64,000 bases of DNA from Candidatus Caldarchaeales archaeon (GCA_039630085.1 JBCNVM010000005.1:1-64000); one strand, 5' to 3'; positions 1 through 10,168 are shown, counted from the stretch's first letter. Notes: generated by a model not told the origin, from the sequence alone. Program-made: numbers and translations.

Positions 1-4
1 TCCA

Positions 5-1357
5 GAACCTCACGAAGACGATTGAAAGAAGTTAGAGAGTGGCTGCGTGATCTTAGCCCAGTCGATAGAACCTCACGAAGAGGATTGAAAGCCCCAATCT
101 TCGCACCGATGGTGCCTAATATCTCCCCGAACCTCACGAAGAGGATTGAAAGCATAGAGGTGCTGTCCGAGATCGACATCGACATCAACATCTTGAACCT
201 CACGAAGAGGATTGAAAGTATCAAAGAAATTTCTAACTCCAAAGAGAGCTCTTTCCAAAGAACCTCACGAAGAGGATTGAAAGAAATCGATACCGCACCC
301 GCACCGTCCAGCCATGCAGTGAACCTCACGAAGAGGATTGAAAGTCACTATACGCTATCGACGAATCGCCATAGGCTATATAGTCGAACCTCACGAAGAG
401 GATTGAAAGCGCGTGAGCCGGAATGGCTATCTCTACCTTCCTGCCGAGGAACCTCACGAAGAGGATTGAAAGCGGTGACCCTCAAGCCCGCGAACAGGCA
501 TAGCCCGAGAAGAAGAACCTCACGAAGAGGATTGAAAGTTAAAGCAAACCCACAACCATGCGGCGACGTGATCAGAACCTCACGAAGAGGATTGAAAGTT
601 CGGCAATCATTTTCCGCATCCTTCACGTCATGGGCCCGAACCTCACGAAGAGGATTGAAAGACAATAGCCTCGACAGTTGTCACGGCCTGCGATGCCTCG
701 GCGAACCTCACGAAGAGGATTGAAAGCGAGCGAGCCGAAGAAGCTTGGGGGTGATCAGATCGAGGAACCTCACGAAGAGGATTGAAAGCGACCTTTCCCT
801 GTATCTGAGAGGGGAAACTGGTAGAGAACCTCACGAAGAGGATTGAAAGCGGGAGTAATAATCCCTCGCGACAGTCTAATCTCTAAAACTAGAACCTCAC
901 GAAGAGGATTGAAAGGCTGGCATGGATAGATCGTTCCCTACCCGACGACCTAAGAACCTCACGAAGAGGATTGAAAGATGGCTGAGGTCATGGGTTCCGA
1001 GCCCCAAACCGAGGTGAACCTCACGAAGAGGATTGAAAGTTGAACTCCCAACGAAGTGGAAAACCCTCAAGCTCTGTGTAGGAACCTCACGAAGAGGATT
1101 GAAAGGTAAGGGAAGAAAGCACGAAAGCGCGCATCTATGATATCGGAACCTCACGAAGAGGATTGAAAGAATTCCCTAGTTCTTTTTATTATTTCTTTTT
1201 TCAAAAGAACCTCACGAAGAGGATTGAAAGCAATCTTTTCGTCCTTCTTTCGCCGCGAGCGCTCGGCACCGAACCTCACGAAGAGGATTGAAAGCGAACG
1301 TACACGGCAGGTGTTGCGCTGGCTCGAAACGATGAACCTCACGAAGAGGATTGAGAG
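5..1357 (+). CRISPR. CRISPR array, 22 repeats of 24 bp (GAACCTCACGAAGAGGATTGAAAG), 21 spacers of 36-42 bp; probably truncated by the left window edge
   Basis: Repeats start at 5, 68, 129, 195, 260 ... 1271, 1334. The ATTGAAAG 3' end gives the canonical 8-nt handle on +. The last repeat is degenerate (ATTGAGAG), which marks the trailer end, so the leader lies left of the window. Confidence 0.99.
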
Positions 1358-1460
1358 TTGAATTTCGCAAATAAGATCGTGAGGTGAGATCTGAAGGGAG
1401 GGAACTACATCATAAGCACGCAGTTAGCCCTCGTCGGTACCGCAGAAATTCACGTCTCCC

Positions 1461-2861
1461 TCATCGAAGGGTCAGCCAATCTCTTATGTTGAAGCCTTTC
1501 CGCGATGCACAGGGACTGTATCTGACTAGGACCTCGCCCCCCTCGTCCTTTCTGACCTCGGTCACGTCGGCGAGGAAGCCGCTGTGGCTGAAGAAGTTCC
1601 GCCTCCGGCCTTGAGATCCGCGGATCCCGAGCAGCTCCATCAGGGGCTTCGGCTCGCCAGATGAGCACGTCGCCGCGGCCTCCTCGATCCTCTCCAGCTC
1701 GTTCTCGAGGAGGTGCCGGTTGAGCCTGAACCACCCCCGGTAGCCTCCGTCGCGGTAGACGCTCTCGAGGAAGAACCGCCTTATCGAGCTCAGTGGCACC
1801 CATCCGTCCCTCATGGATTTCCTGAGCTCACCTATCATCCTCATCAGCGACCTAGTCGCCGCCAGCGCCCCTAGCACACGCGTCAGGGACCTGAACTCGA
1901 GCTTCGCCTCCCTTCTCACCACGAACCTCGACCCGGACCTCTCGACGACCTTCCTGCCTCTCGTCAACTCCCATACCGCCCCCAGTAGGTACCTCTCGAG
2001 CTTTGAGATCTCCCTGTCGTCGAGGAGGCAGATGATCTCGTCAGGCTCGGTGACGTAGAGCGGAAGGGGAGTGTTCAGAACTAGACAGTTGAAGGCCCTG
2101 AAGCCCTCCGAGATCACGTGCCTGACACCCCTCACGTTCTCGCGGTTCATCCCGCTGAACTCGCAGAGCACTCGCAGCTGGTTTATGGGTCCCTTGTTGG
2201 TGTCTTCCGGCGCGAGCGGGAAGTCCTTCATTATCTGCGGCTCGACCCTCTCCAGCTTGACCCGGACCTCCTCTCCGTCTGAGCTCACCTGGCCGTAGAA
2301 CGCGATCCATATGTTCGGCGCCGAATATTTCCCGATCAACAGTCCGTAGAGGTTCCCTAGCAGCAGGTGGGTGGCGGCGCTGTAGAGGGCCCTCACGCCC
2401 ATCGCGGGGTAGACGTTGAGCCCGCTCGAGACGTCGAAGAAGACCTCGTACCCCTCGTCCAGCAGCTCGACGAAGACGCTGAAGAGAGATATCTGGATCA
2501 GGTCGGGGTCGGTTTCGTAGCGGACCTCGAGTCCGTCCTTCCCGGAGAACGACCCGGAGCTGGGTATCGCCCTGACCTCGACCTCTTCGCGCCCCCCGAT
2601 CTCCTCCAAGAGCCTCTCTTCGAGCTTCCGCTCGTCCCGGATCATCTCCTCGAGGTCGTCGGCGTCCCTGGCCAGCCCCACCGCGAGGCTCTCGGGGACT
2701 AAGAGCACGGCCTTGCCGTCGGTAACCTCTGCTAGGGCGAGGCTGAAGTGCGTCGTCGGAGGTGTTCTCCTCTCCTCACCATCGAGCTCCATCACGAAGA
2801 TTGGCTTCCTGTACTGTCTGTGATACCCGGTGACTTGGACCGCGACGGACTTGCCCGCCAC
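1461..2861 (-). CDS. csx1: Csx1-family CARF-HEPN cOA-activated ribonuclease
   Basis: N-terminal 'LLVPESL', DxTHG-like 'FDVSSGLNVYP', C-terminal HEPN RxxxxH 'RNFFSHSG'; adjacent to a type III locus. Confidence 0.88.
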   Translation of the reverse strand: MAGKSVAVQVTGYHRQYRKPIFVMELDGEERRTPPTTHFSLALAEVTDGKAVLLVPESLAVGLARDADDLEEMIRDERKLEERLLEEIGGREEVEVRAIPSSGSFSGKDGLEVRYETDPDLIQISLFSVFVELLDEGYEVFFDVSSGLNVYPAMGVRALYSAATHLLLGNLYGLLIGKYSAPNIWIAFYGQVSSDGEEVRVKLERVEPQIMKDFPLAPEDTNKGPINQLRVLCEFSGMNRENVRGVRHVISEGFRAFNCLVLNTPLPLYVTEPDEIICLLDDREISKLERYLLGAVWELTRGRKVVERSGSRFVVRREAKLEFRSLTRVLGALAATRSLMRMIGELRKSMRDGWVPLSSIRRFFLESVYRDGGYRGWFRLNRHLLENELERIEEAAATCSSGEPKPLMELLGIRGSQGRRRNFFSHSGFLADVTEVRKDEGGEVLVRYSPCASRKGFNIRDWLTLR

Positions 2862-2909
2862 GTCACCGAGCTGATCCTAAACTGCTAAAAGCGTTGCCAC
2901 CCCCAGAAC

Positions 2910-3668
2910 TCATCCAAGGTGCCTGAGGACGGACTCGTAGAGCCTCCGGCCTTGGTCCGTGACGACCACCTTGGTCTTGGTGAGGCTGATGAAGCCTGCC
3001 TGCTCAAGCCTCCTGAGGTACTCCTCGCTCAGCCCCGCCTCCCTCCTCGCTACCCGCTGCCTCGAGAGGAGAGCCGCGAGCCTGCTCGTGACCTCCGGCG
3101 GGAAGGGCACGATCGGGACCGCGATGACCTCGTACGTCGACGGGTCCGGGTACATCACGGGCTCGAAGACCTCCCTGCGCTCCCTGTAGTAGTCGAGGGG
3201 CGACGGGCTGCCTCCGAGGTCCTCGATCTCCTTCCTGATCCTCTCCAGCGCGACGTTCAGAGCCTTCACGTCCGGCGCGACGACGTGGTAGGCAGCGTCC
3301 ACGTTCCCGAGCTGGGCTATCAGCATCATCGACGCGACTATCTCCTTCCTTCCTCCCGCGATGCAGAGGTAGAGTCTCTCGACCTCCCTCCTGAGCCCCG
3401 AGAGCGCCTTGGCAGCGGCCTCCATGAAGGCGTAGTTGTCCTCCTCGCTCGTTATGTCGGTCTGAGGCAGCTCGATCAGTTCGACCCTTATGTGCGGGTA
3501 CCTGTCCCTTATCGCCGCGTCCGCGAGCTTCGCGCTGTCGACGACCATCCTCTCCTTTGTCGCGAGGATGACGAGCCTGCTGACCCTCTCCGTCCGCTGG
3601 ACGTACTCGACGAACTCCGTGAGAACCGGAGGGCTTGTCCCCATGGGAGCTATCACGCCCACCCTCAT
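2910..3668 (-). CDS. CARF domain + C-terminal wHTH protein (Csx14/Crn1 ring-nuclease-like, or Csa3-like regulator)
   Basis: 'MGTSPPVLTE', 'DITSEED' and 'CIAGGRK' CARF motifs; C-terminal 'YLRRLEQAGFI...VVTDQGR' wHTH-like segment. Confidence 0.8.
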   Translation of the reverse strand: MRVGVIAPMGTSPPVLTEFVEYVQRTERVSRLVILATKERMVVDSAKLADAAIRDRYPHIRVELIELPQTDITSEEDNYAFMEAAAKALSGLRREVERLYLCIAGGRKEIVASMMLIAQLGNVDAAYHVVAPDVKALNVALERIRKEIEDLGGSPSPLDYYRERREVFEPVMYPDPSTYEVIAVPIVPFPPEVTSRLAALLSRQRVARREAGLSEEYLRRLEQAGFISLTKTKVVVTDQGRRLYESVLRHLG

Positions 3669-3818
3669 TCCGCCGGCGGACCTATCGGACGTGTATTAAA
3701 TTTGCAATCCGTTTCCAGGTCGGCGCCCCTCGCTTTATACCGCCGCCTACGGGACTCCTTATAAAGAATGCCGGTTATAATATTATATATTGGATAATGA
3801 CGGACTATTCCCGCGAGG
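3669..3818. promoter_or_regulatory. Divergent promoter region between the CARF/csx1 genes and the type III-D operon
   Basis: AT-rich island with TATA-like boxes, a perfect 12-bp palindrome TATAATATTATA (3776-3787) and an inverted pair CTTTATA (3733-3739) / TATAAAG (3760-3766). Confidence 0.6.
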
Positions 3819-4226
3819 GTGTTTGATGTGAGCGGGGGACAGGTCCCCTCTCCTCGGATTAGCGAGCAAGAGATCTTAGATTTCGCCGCGAGGATCGGCG
3901 TTCAGGCTAAGAGGGAGAGAGTGGCGAAGAGTCAGTTCGAACAGATTATAGCCTCCTTAGAGAGCTCCGAGGATGAAAAGGTCTGCTTACTCGTCACGAC
4001 CCTTTTCGTATTCAGACAGGCGAGTAGAATGAGGTTCGAAAATACGGCGAAAGAGATCGGTAGAGCCTTGTCATACCTTTACGACAGGAACGGGACAAAG
4101 CAGGACGCGAGGAAGCTCCTCGGGCTGGCGAAGTGGGCCTTTGAATGCGCTGACAAGTGGGGGTTGGACCGCGCGAAGGACTTTGGGGACTTCTTAAGAC
4201 AAATACTAGGCAGGGGACATGTCTGA
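3819..4226 (+). CDS. Type III small subunit (Csm2/Cas11-like)
   Basis: 135-aa, helical-looking protein heading the RAMP operon, overlapping the next gene; 'LLGLAKWAFE' C-terminus. Confidence 0.72.
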   Translation: MFDVSGGQVPSPRISEQEILDFAARIGVQAKRERVAKSQFEQIIASLESSEDEKVCLLVTTLFVFRQASRMRFENTAKEIGRALSYLYDRNGTKQDARKLLGLAKWAFECADKWGLDRAKDFGDFLRQILGRGHV

Positions 4227-4935
4227 GAGACACCCATACCTAGACTTCGACCTGCTGAAATCGATCACCCTGATCACGGGGAAGATGGTGAACGAGACGC
4301 CGCTGCGCGTCGGCGTCGGCAGGGACTCCGCCGTGAGCGCCGCCATGGACGCGGTGGTGATCCGAATGCGTAGGGGAGACGTTGAGGTGCCCTACATACC
4401 GGGCTCGAGCCTGAAGGGCGTCTTCAGGTCGTACGTCGAGTCGCTGGTCAGGGCTATGGGCAGAGAAGTGCTCTCGCCTTGGGAAATGCTCGGGGAAAGG
4501 TCCGACAAGAAAGCCCTTAAGCCGTGCGTAGTTTCCGGGATCTTCGGGAGCCCAGCGGTCGCCAGCCACGTAATCGTCTACGACGCCTTTCCGGTCGGGG
4601 AGCCGAAGATGCTCATCAAGACCGGCGTCGGGATAGACAGGGACTTCGGGGGCGTGAGGCCGGGGATACTCTTCACGGAGGAGTTCGTCTTGCCGGATAC
4701 CGTCTGGGACTTCAGGATGAAGATCCTGAACATAGACTTCCCGCCCGAGGGCACTACCGATGACGAGAGGGTCCACCTACTGGACTCGCTGTTCAAGACC
4801 TTCAAGTCGGTTGGGTTCCAGGTCGGCGCCCGAAAGAGCGTCGGGGCAGGGCTCGTGAGGCTTATGGAGGCCCACTGGGAGAGGTACGTCCCGAGGGACG
4901 GGACGCTCGTGAAGGTGACGGAGGGGCCCCTATGA
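4219..4935 (+). CDS. csm3: Cas7-group RAMP (Csm3-like)
   Basis: 'TPLRVG', 'PYIPGSSLKG', 'VGIDR' and G-loop 'VGARKSVGAG'. Confidence 0.88.
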   Translation: MSERHPYLDFDLLKSITLITGKMVNETPLRVGVGRDSAVSAAMDAVVIRMRRGDVEVPYIPGSSLKGVFRSYVESLVRAMGREVLSPWEMLGERSDKKALKPCVVSGIFGSPAVASHVIVYDAFPVGEPKMLIKTGVGIDRDFGGVRPGILFTEEFVLPDTVWDFRMKILNIDFPPEGTTDDERVHLLDSLFKTFKSVGFQVGARKSVGAGLVRLMEAHWERYVPRDGTLVKVTEGPL

Positions 4936-5879
4936 CCATGTACTGGACCTCCTCCCGCGTCCTGCTGAGGGAGACGGTGATAGAGGGGGAGCTCGTCAAC
5001 CTCTCGCCACTCAGGATCGGGGCCGGAGAGGACACCCCGCTGAGCGTCGGGGCCGGCGCCGCGGTCGTTAAGGTTAGGATCCGCGACTCGGTGGTCCCCT
5101 ATATTCCGGGCTCGAGCCTGAAGGGCGTCTTCAGGGCCACCTCAGAGGCCGTAGCGAGGCAGAAGGGCTTGGACGTCTGCAGCGGTCTCTCGAGGTCGAC
5201 GTGCATGCACACCAAAAGGTATACGTCCCCGCAGGGAGGGTTGGACCTCCTCGAGGGCATCGAGGAATATGGTGAGGAGGGGCGGGATCGCAACACGCTC
5301 ATGAACTTCGTCATGAATGAACTGAGGCAGGGCCGACCGGACGCCGCTATGGAGGCCTTCTTCAGGAACGCGTGCCTAATGTGTAAGATCTTCGGCGCGC
5401 CTCTCTATGCCTCGAAGGTCGTCTTCTCAGACGCCTACCCGATTGGCAAGGTCTCCTTGGGAGCGAGGACCGGGGTCGCGATAAGCAGGAAGACCGGGGC
5501 CGTCGCGGTCGGGCCCTACATCGTCGAGTACGTCGAGCCCGGAGCGCGGTTCGCCTTCTCCGTGACGCTCAGGAACCTCCCCAATTACGCGTTGGGGCTG
5601 ATCTCGTCTGTTGTCATGATGTTGAGGGACGGAGAGGTCAGAGTCGGCGGCTACAAGACAAGGGGCTTCGGGAGGGTAACTGTCGAGAACCTCACCTTCA
5701 GGAACCGAGAGTTCACCGATAAGCCGAGCATGATGAGGGGCCTCGAGGAGGGCCGCGACAGGGACCTCGACGTCTCCGACCTCGTCACCGTGAAGGACGG
5801 GTGGGCCGTCTGCGAGGGAGACCGGTGCCTCGAGCTCCTCAAGAGGTTGGTAGAGGTGTGGGAGGGTGCAAAGTTCTAG
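4932..5879 (+). CDS. csx7: Cas7-group RAMP (Csx7/SSO1426-like backbone subunit)
   Basis: 'SPLRIG', 'PYIPGSSLKG', 'CLMCKIFG' and 'VGGYKTRGFG'. Confidence 0.82.
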   Translation: MTMYWTSSRVLLRETVIEGELVNLSPLRIGAGEDTPLSVGAGAAVVKVRIRDSVVPYIPGSSLKGVFRATSEAVARQKGLDVCSGLSRSTCMHTKRYTSPQGGLDLLEGIEEYGEEGRDRNTLMNFVMNELRQGRPDAAMEAFFRNACLMCKIFGAPLYASKVVFSDAYPIGKVSLGARTGVAISRKTGAVAVGPYIVEYVEPGARFAFSVTLRNLPNYALGLISSVVMMLRDGEVRVGGYKTRGFGRVTVENLTFRNREFTDKPSMMRGLEEGRDRDLDVSDLVTVKDGWAVCEGDRCLELLKRLVEVWEGAKF

Positions 5880-6846
5880 CGTCAGGGTCGTCAGGAACGC
5901 GCCTCGGGACAGGGGGGCGTACAGAGACGTATCAGGTGTCATGAGGGTAGCGCTCAGGACGCTCTCGAGGAGGGACGGCGACGATCTCGACTCGTACCTC
6001 CACGTCGGCGCCGGCGTACCTAGGCTCGAGGTGACCACTGACCTGACCGCGTTCATGAAGGAGGTCGAAAGGAGGGGGCTCATTGAGGTGGCTAGAACTA
6101 GATGGCGCGAGATTATCGGAGCCGAGGAAAAAATTGCGATGCCGGAGGTAGGCGGTAGAATCGTGATTCCTGGATCGTCGGTCAAGGGGAACGTTAGGGC
6201 GAGGATGGAGCTCTCCTTCGTCCCGAAGAAGGATGGAACTGTGAGAAGCTGCTTCTCTGTCAGCCGCACCGGGCCCTTCAGTGATGCCCACGTGAGGATC
6301 TGGTCTAGGGCTCTCGCGGCTGAGAGGGGCCGCAACTGCGTCTACAGGGAGGGAGAGAGAGTGAACGTTTGTCTGCTCTGTGACCTCTTCGGCGCGCAGG
6401 GGCTCGCGAGCCTTGTCGAGTTCTCGGACCTAGTAGGAGAGGGAGTTAAGGCCGAACTTGTCAGCGAAGAGTTCGGGACGAAACTCGCGGTAGCTCCTCC
6501 CGGATCAACTTTCAGGGGCGAGATCGCGTTCAAGAACCTGAGAGAGAGCGAGCTCGGCCTCATCCTGCTCACCGGCCTCGCGGTCGGCAAGGACGGCGTG
6601 GGCAGGTCGGTCCTCTTCGGCAGGTTGAAGTACAGGGGGACGTTCGGGGGCAGGACCTTCGGCAGGGTTAGGTATCAGGTCGAGTCGCTGAGGCTCTCGA
6701 GGTTCTCTAGGCCACTTCAGGACCTCAGACCAGGGGAGGAGGCGAAGGGCGGTGAGCTCGGAGGCCTGATCGAACGCCTGCTGGAGTCCGCCGAGAGGGA
6801 GTTCGGGGATGAGATCCATCTGGTCGACGAGGTGCGGGGCTCGTGA
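5866..6846 (+). CDS. Cas7-group RAMP
   Basis: 'YLHVG', 'IPGSSVKG', 'CLLCDLFG' and a 'FGRLKY...FGRV' G-rich loop. Confidence 0.85.
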   Translation: MQSSSVRVVRNAPRDRGAYRDVSGVMRVALRTLSRRDGDDLDSYLHVGAGVPRLEVTTDLTAFMKEVERRGLIEVARTRWREIIGAEEKIAMPEVGGRIVIPGSSVKGNVRARMELSFVPKKDGTVRSCFSVSRTGPFSDAHVRIWSRALAAERGRNCVYREGERVNVCLLCDLFGAQGLASLVEFSDLVGEGVKAELVSEEFGTKLAVAPPGSTFRGEIAFKNLRESELGLILLTGLAVGKDGVGRSVLFGRLKYRGTFGGRTFGRVRYQVESLRLSRFSRPLQDLRPGEEAKGGELGGLIERLLESAEREFGDEIHLVDEVRGS

Positions 6847-9545
6847 GCTGGCCGGAGTTCGTCGAGCCTGGTTATCCAGTCTTCAGAGCCTACATTATCC
6901 CCCGGGCAATAGACGGGAGGATCGAGCCGGTCAGGAGGGTCACGGCTGAGGACGTGGAGAGATGGGGGAGGACCCTCGATGAACTAAAGCGCTTCCTAAG
7001 TATGGTCAACGGGTTCGCGTCGAGGTCCGCCAATGGGCTCTCCCTGCACGAGCGGCTCGAGCTCATCGCGGACTGTTTTACTGCTTTCTTCAGGACTCCC
7101 CTGATGAGAGAGGTCCTGCCCTCTGTAGCACCAAGCCCCCTCAAGTCTTACCTATTGGCTAGGCTCCTCTGGAAGCTCCTCGCTCCGGAGTGGTTCGAAG
7201 ACCCGCTTGAGTTCTGTAAGTATTGTTACGGCGAGCAACTCGGGGCGGTGAAGAGAAGTAAAGTCTTCTCAGTCCTAGAGAACCCTGAGGTTAACTCGTT
7301 GGTGGAGAGCGCTTGGTTCGACTTCCCCGCAGACACGAGGCCCGGCGCTAACACCTCCTCGCTCCTCTCGCACATGCTGCTGACGTCTTCGATGGTGTGG
7401 GCGCTCGCGGTGAAATCGGGCAGGAGCAGGGAGGAGGCCGCCCTGATCAGGCTCGCCGCCATGCTGCATGACATGGGCAAACCCTTCAACTACCGTGAGC
7501 ACTACAGGGTCTCCCCTACGGTCGCGGAGAGGCTACTCACGGGATTGCTGCCTGAAGACGAGCTGAGGCGGGTCGTGGACGCGGTGAAAAGGCATCACGC
7601 GGCGGACTCGGAGGTGAGGGAGGCCGACAGGCGCTCTTCTGGCATCGACAGGCTGAGGGGTTACGTCGAGGCGACGATAATGAACGAGATTAGGAGGCTC
7701 TCCTCGGAGCTCGGACTGGACCCGGGGATCGCGTACGGGTCCGGGGCTCCGGCGTGGGGGTTCTGGATCGAGCTTGAGCAAAAACGGCGCGGCGCGGTCG
7801 AGTCGCTCTCGAGGAGCTTCGTGGAGAACTTCACGAGGGGAGGCGTCAGGGTCGAGGTGGGACACGAGCTCTGGGACGACATGCTGCTCTGCATGATAGA
7901 CGTCGGAGGCATCCAAGACTTCATAACGAGGGGCAGCGAACTGAGGACGGTCTCGGCCTCGAGCGTCGTGATTGACGTCGCAGTCTCCGCGCACATCCCC
8001 CTCGCCATTCAGAGGTTATTGGAGTCGAAGTCGGGCGTCTGGGTCCCGCTGGAGTCCTTCCTCTACACTTCTGGCGGCGTCGTGACGCTCCTCCTGCCGC
8101 GCGGCCTGAAGTCGAACCTGATGGAGGCCGTCGAGGACCTGAAGAAGTGGTACAGGCGCGTGAGGCTGAAGCTTTACGCCGGTTGTGCTGAGCTCAGCTC
8201 CGACTACAGGGAGACGACCGCTAGGCTTCAGTCCGCGGTGGCGATGGCGAAGCTCGAAGAGGACTTCAGCTTCAGTCCCGTGGAGCTTAATGCAGTGTCG
8301 CTCTGTGAGGTCTGCAGGACCGAGAACTCAGTGACCACTCTCGAGACGGGGGAAATGGTCTGCCAGGTCTGCAAGGATCTCTACGAGATCGGGAACGACC
8401 TGCACTTCGGCACGAAGTGGGACTCCGAGGTCACTTTCAGGAGGGAGACGTTCAAGGTCTCGGAGGCGTTCGGAGGCCTCAGCTGGAAGGACGTCTCGCC
8501 GGGGATAATCGAGCTCATCGCCGGGCACAGCGTCGACGACCTTAAGGCTCTGGGCCTTCTTCGGTCCGCAGAAACGTCCGGTCAGGTCGCGCGTCGGCCT
8601 CCCCGGCTCAGGAACATAGGCCTGATCAAGGTCGACGGTAACCTGATGGGCGAGTTCTTCGCGGAGTCGGTCTCCATCTCGGACGCGCTTGAGAGGAGCG
8701 CGAGGGTCGACATGGCCCTGAAGAGGGCGCTTCAGGAGGCTATCGAGGCGGCCGCGGACGCGATTGACGATAGCACGGAGAGGCTGAGGTTCGTTGCCCT
8801 GATGCATTTGGGGTTGATGTACGTCGGTGGCGACGACGCCCTCCTCTTCTGCCCCAGCTGGGTCGCGCTCCCGCTGGCGAACAGTATGGGCCTCGCCTTC
8901 CACAGGGAGATGGGCGCGAAGGCGAGCCTCAGCGTAGGGGTGGTCGCCGCGCCGTCCAAACACGACGTCTGGGCGCTGATCGAGGCGGCCTCGAGGCTCC
9001 TCCAAGAGGCAAAGAGGAAGGGCAGGACGATCAAGGCGGGCGCGGTCTGCTTCGACGTAGTGGAGGCCGGGATCATCAGCGGTCCTTCGGCGAAGGAAAG
9101 GCAGGACTCGATGAGGGCGAGGAGGATCACGGCCCAGCCCCTCGCGCTTGACGAGCAGCAGGGGGAGATCAGCCTCGGTCAACTCTTCCAGCTCCTATCA
9201 AAGCACTCGGGCCTTCAGCTCGACGAGTTCAGGATGTCCTACATTGCCTCTAGGGACGAGCCGAACGGCGTCTCGAACGACTTCTCGAAGCAGCTTAAGG
9301 ACGCGCTGAAGGAAGTGAGGGCCGCGATCAGGAGGACGGTCCAAGTCGGTGAGGCCCTAGGCGCGGGGAGAGACTGGCAGCTGTACGGCACGCTCTTCGC
9401 GTTAAAGATGAGCGACCAGAGGGGCGGGTACGGGCTGGTTAGAGACCTGATCGACCTCTGGTCGAAGGCAGGGTCCGGAGACATCGGCATACCGGTCGCG
9501 GACGTGGACTTGATGATTAAGTTCATGGGAGGCGGGGAGCTATGA
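6843..9545 (+). CDS. cas10: Cas10 large subunit (HD nuclease + palm cyclase)
   Basis: 'PADTRP', 'LSH...AAMLHDMGK' HD domain, 'DVGGIQDFI', CxxC/CxxC Zn finger, 'KVDGNLMG', 'YVGGDD'. Confidence 0.96.
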   Translation: MSWPEFVEPGYPVFRAYIIPRAIDGRIEPVRRVTAEDVERWGRTLDELKRFLSMVNGFASRSANGLSLHERLELIADCFTAFFRTPLMREVLPSVAPSPLKSYLLARLLWKLLAPEWFEDPLEFCKYCYGEQLGAVKRSKVFSVLENPEVNSLVESAWFDFPADTRPGANTSSLLSHMLLTSSMVWALAVKSGRSREEAALIRLAAMLHDMGKPFNYREHYRVSPTVAERLLTGLLPEDELRRVVDAVKRHHAADSEVREADRRSSGIDRLRGYVEATIMNEIRRLSSELGLDPGIAYGSGAPAWGFWIELEQKRRGAVESLSRSFVENFTRGGVRVEVGHELWDDMLLCMIDVGGIQDFITRGSELRTVSASSVVIDVAVSAHIPLAIQRLLESKSGVWVPLESFLYTSGGVVTLLLPRGLKSNLMEAVEDLKKWYRRVRLKLYAGCAELSSDYRETTARLQSAVAMAKLEEDFSFSPVELNAVSLCEVCRTENSVTTLETGEMVCQVCKDLYEIGNDLHFGTKWDSEVTFRRETFKVSEAFGGLSWKDVSPGIIELIAGHSVDDLKALGLLRSAETSGQVARRPPRLRNIGLIKVDGNLMGEFFAESVSISDALERSARVDMALKRALQEAIEAAADAIDDSTERLRFVALMHLGLMYVGGDDALLFCPSWVALPLANSMGLAFHREMGAKASLSVGVVAAPSKHDVWALIEAASRLLQEAKRKGRTIKAGAVCFDVVEAGIISGPSAKERQDSMRARRITAQPLALDEQQGEISLGQLFQLLSKHSGLQLDEFRMSYIASRDEPNGVSNDFSKQLKDALKEVRAAIRRTVQVGEALGAGRDWQLYGTLFALKMSDQRGGYGLVRDLIDLWSKAGSGDIGIPVADVDLMIKFMGGGEL

Positions 9546-10168
9546 AGAAGATCGTCTTCTGCCTAAGGCCGATCGGCCTGCTCTCCCTCGGCCACGCCCA
9601 CCCGCGATCCCTAGGCCCTGACATCCCGTTCGCGACGAAACCCGTCGCCTCTTCGGGCGGCGTGGTTCGAGTTCCATATGTCCCCGGCCCGAGCGTGAAA
9701 GGGGCGCTCCGCTCCGCAGCCAGCAGGGTCGCGAGGGCGTTCGGCTTCACGTCCTGCGGCGAGGGGCTGAGCAAGTCGATGAGGAGCTGCGACGTCTGCG
9801 CCCTCTTCGGGGAGCCGGGCGTCGATCACCCGAAGCTCTTCTTCAGCGACTTCCTTCCGGACGGCGAGGTCAGGCTCCACACGCTCACAAGGGTCATGAT
9901 CGACGACGCGAGCTCGACGGTAAGCGAGCACGTCCTCTTCACCGTCGAGTGCGCCGTCAGGCCGACCGTCTTCAAAGGCGAAGTCTCCTTCAGGGAGCTC
10001 TCGGAGAGGGAGCTAAAGCTACTGCTGCTTTCGATGGCGGAGCTTCGGCTGGACAGGTTCGGGAGGTCCTCGTCTGTCGACCTGAAGATCGAGAAGGTTG
10101 AGGGCTTCGTAGTGCCTGTGCGCCTGAAGGGGATTTTCGGGGGGCTGAGTGAGTGGTTATGGGCCTGA
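9542..10168 (+). CDS. Cas7-group RAMP (short Csm3-like)
   Basis: 'PYVPGPSVKGALR', 'CDVCALFG', 'LFFSD'. Confidence 0.85.
   Translation: MKKIVFCLRPIGLLSLGHAHPRSLGPDIPFATKPVASSGGVVRVPYVPGPSVKGALRSAASRVARAFGFTSCGEGLSKSMRSCDVCALFGEPGVDHPKLFFSDFLPDGEVRLHTLTRVMIDDASSTVSEHVLFTVECAVRPTVFKGEVSFRELSERELKLLLLSMAELRLDRFGRSSSVDLKIEKVEGFVVPVRLKGIFGGLSEWLWA

Noticed and set aside
22-1342. ORFs with periodic RTSRRGLK / FNPLREV motifs
   Set aside because: Translations of the CRISPR repeats, not proteins.
4360-4371. 11/12-nt match between the target of mini-array spacer 1 and csm3 (ATCCGAATGCGT)
   Set aside because: The flanks do not align; consistent with chance. A systematic self-target search was not possible by eye.
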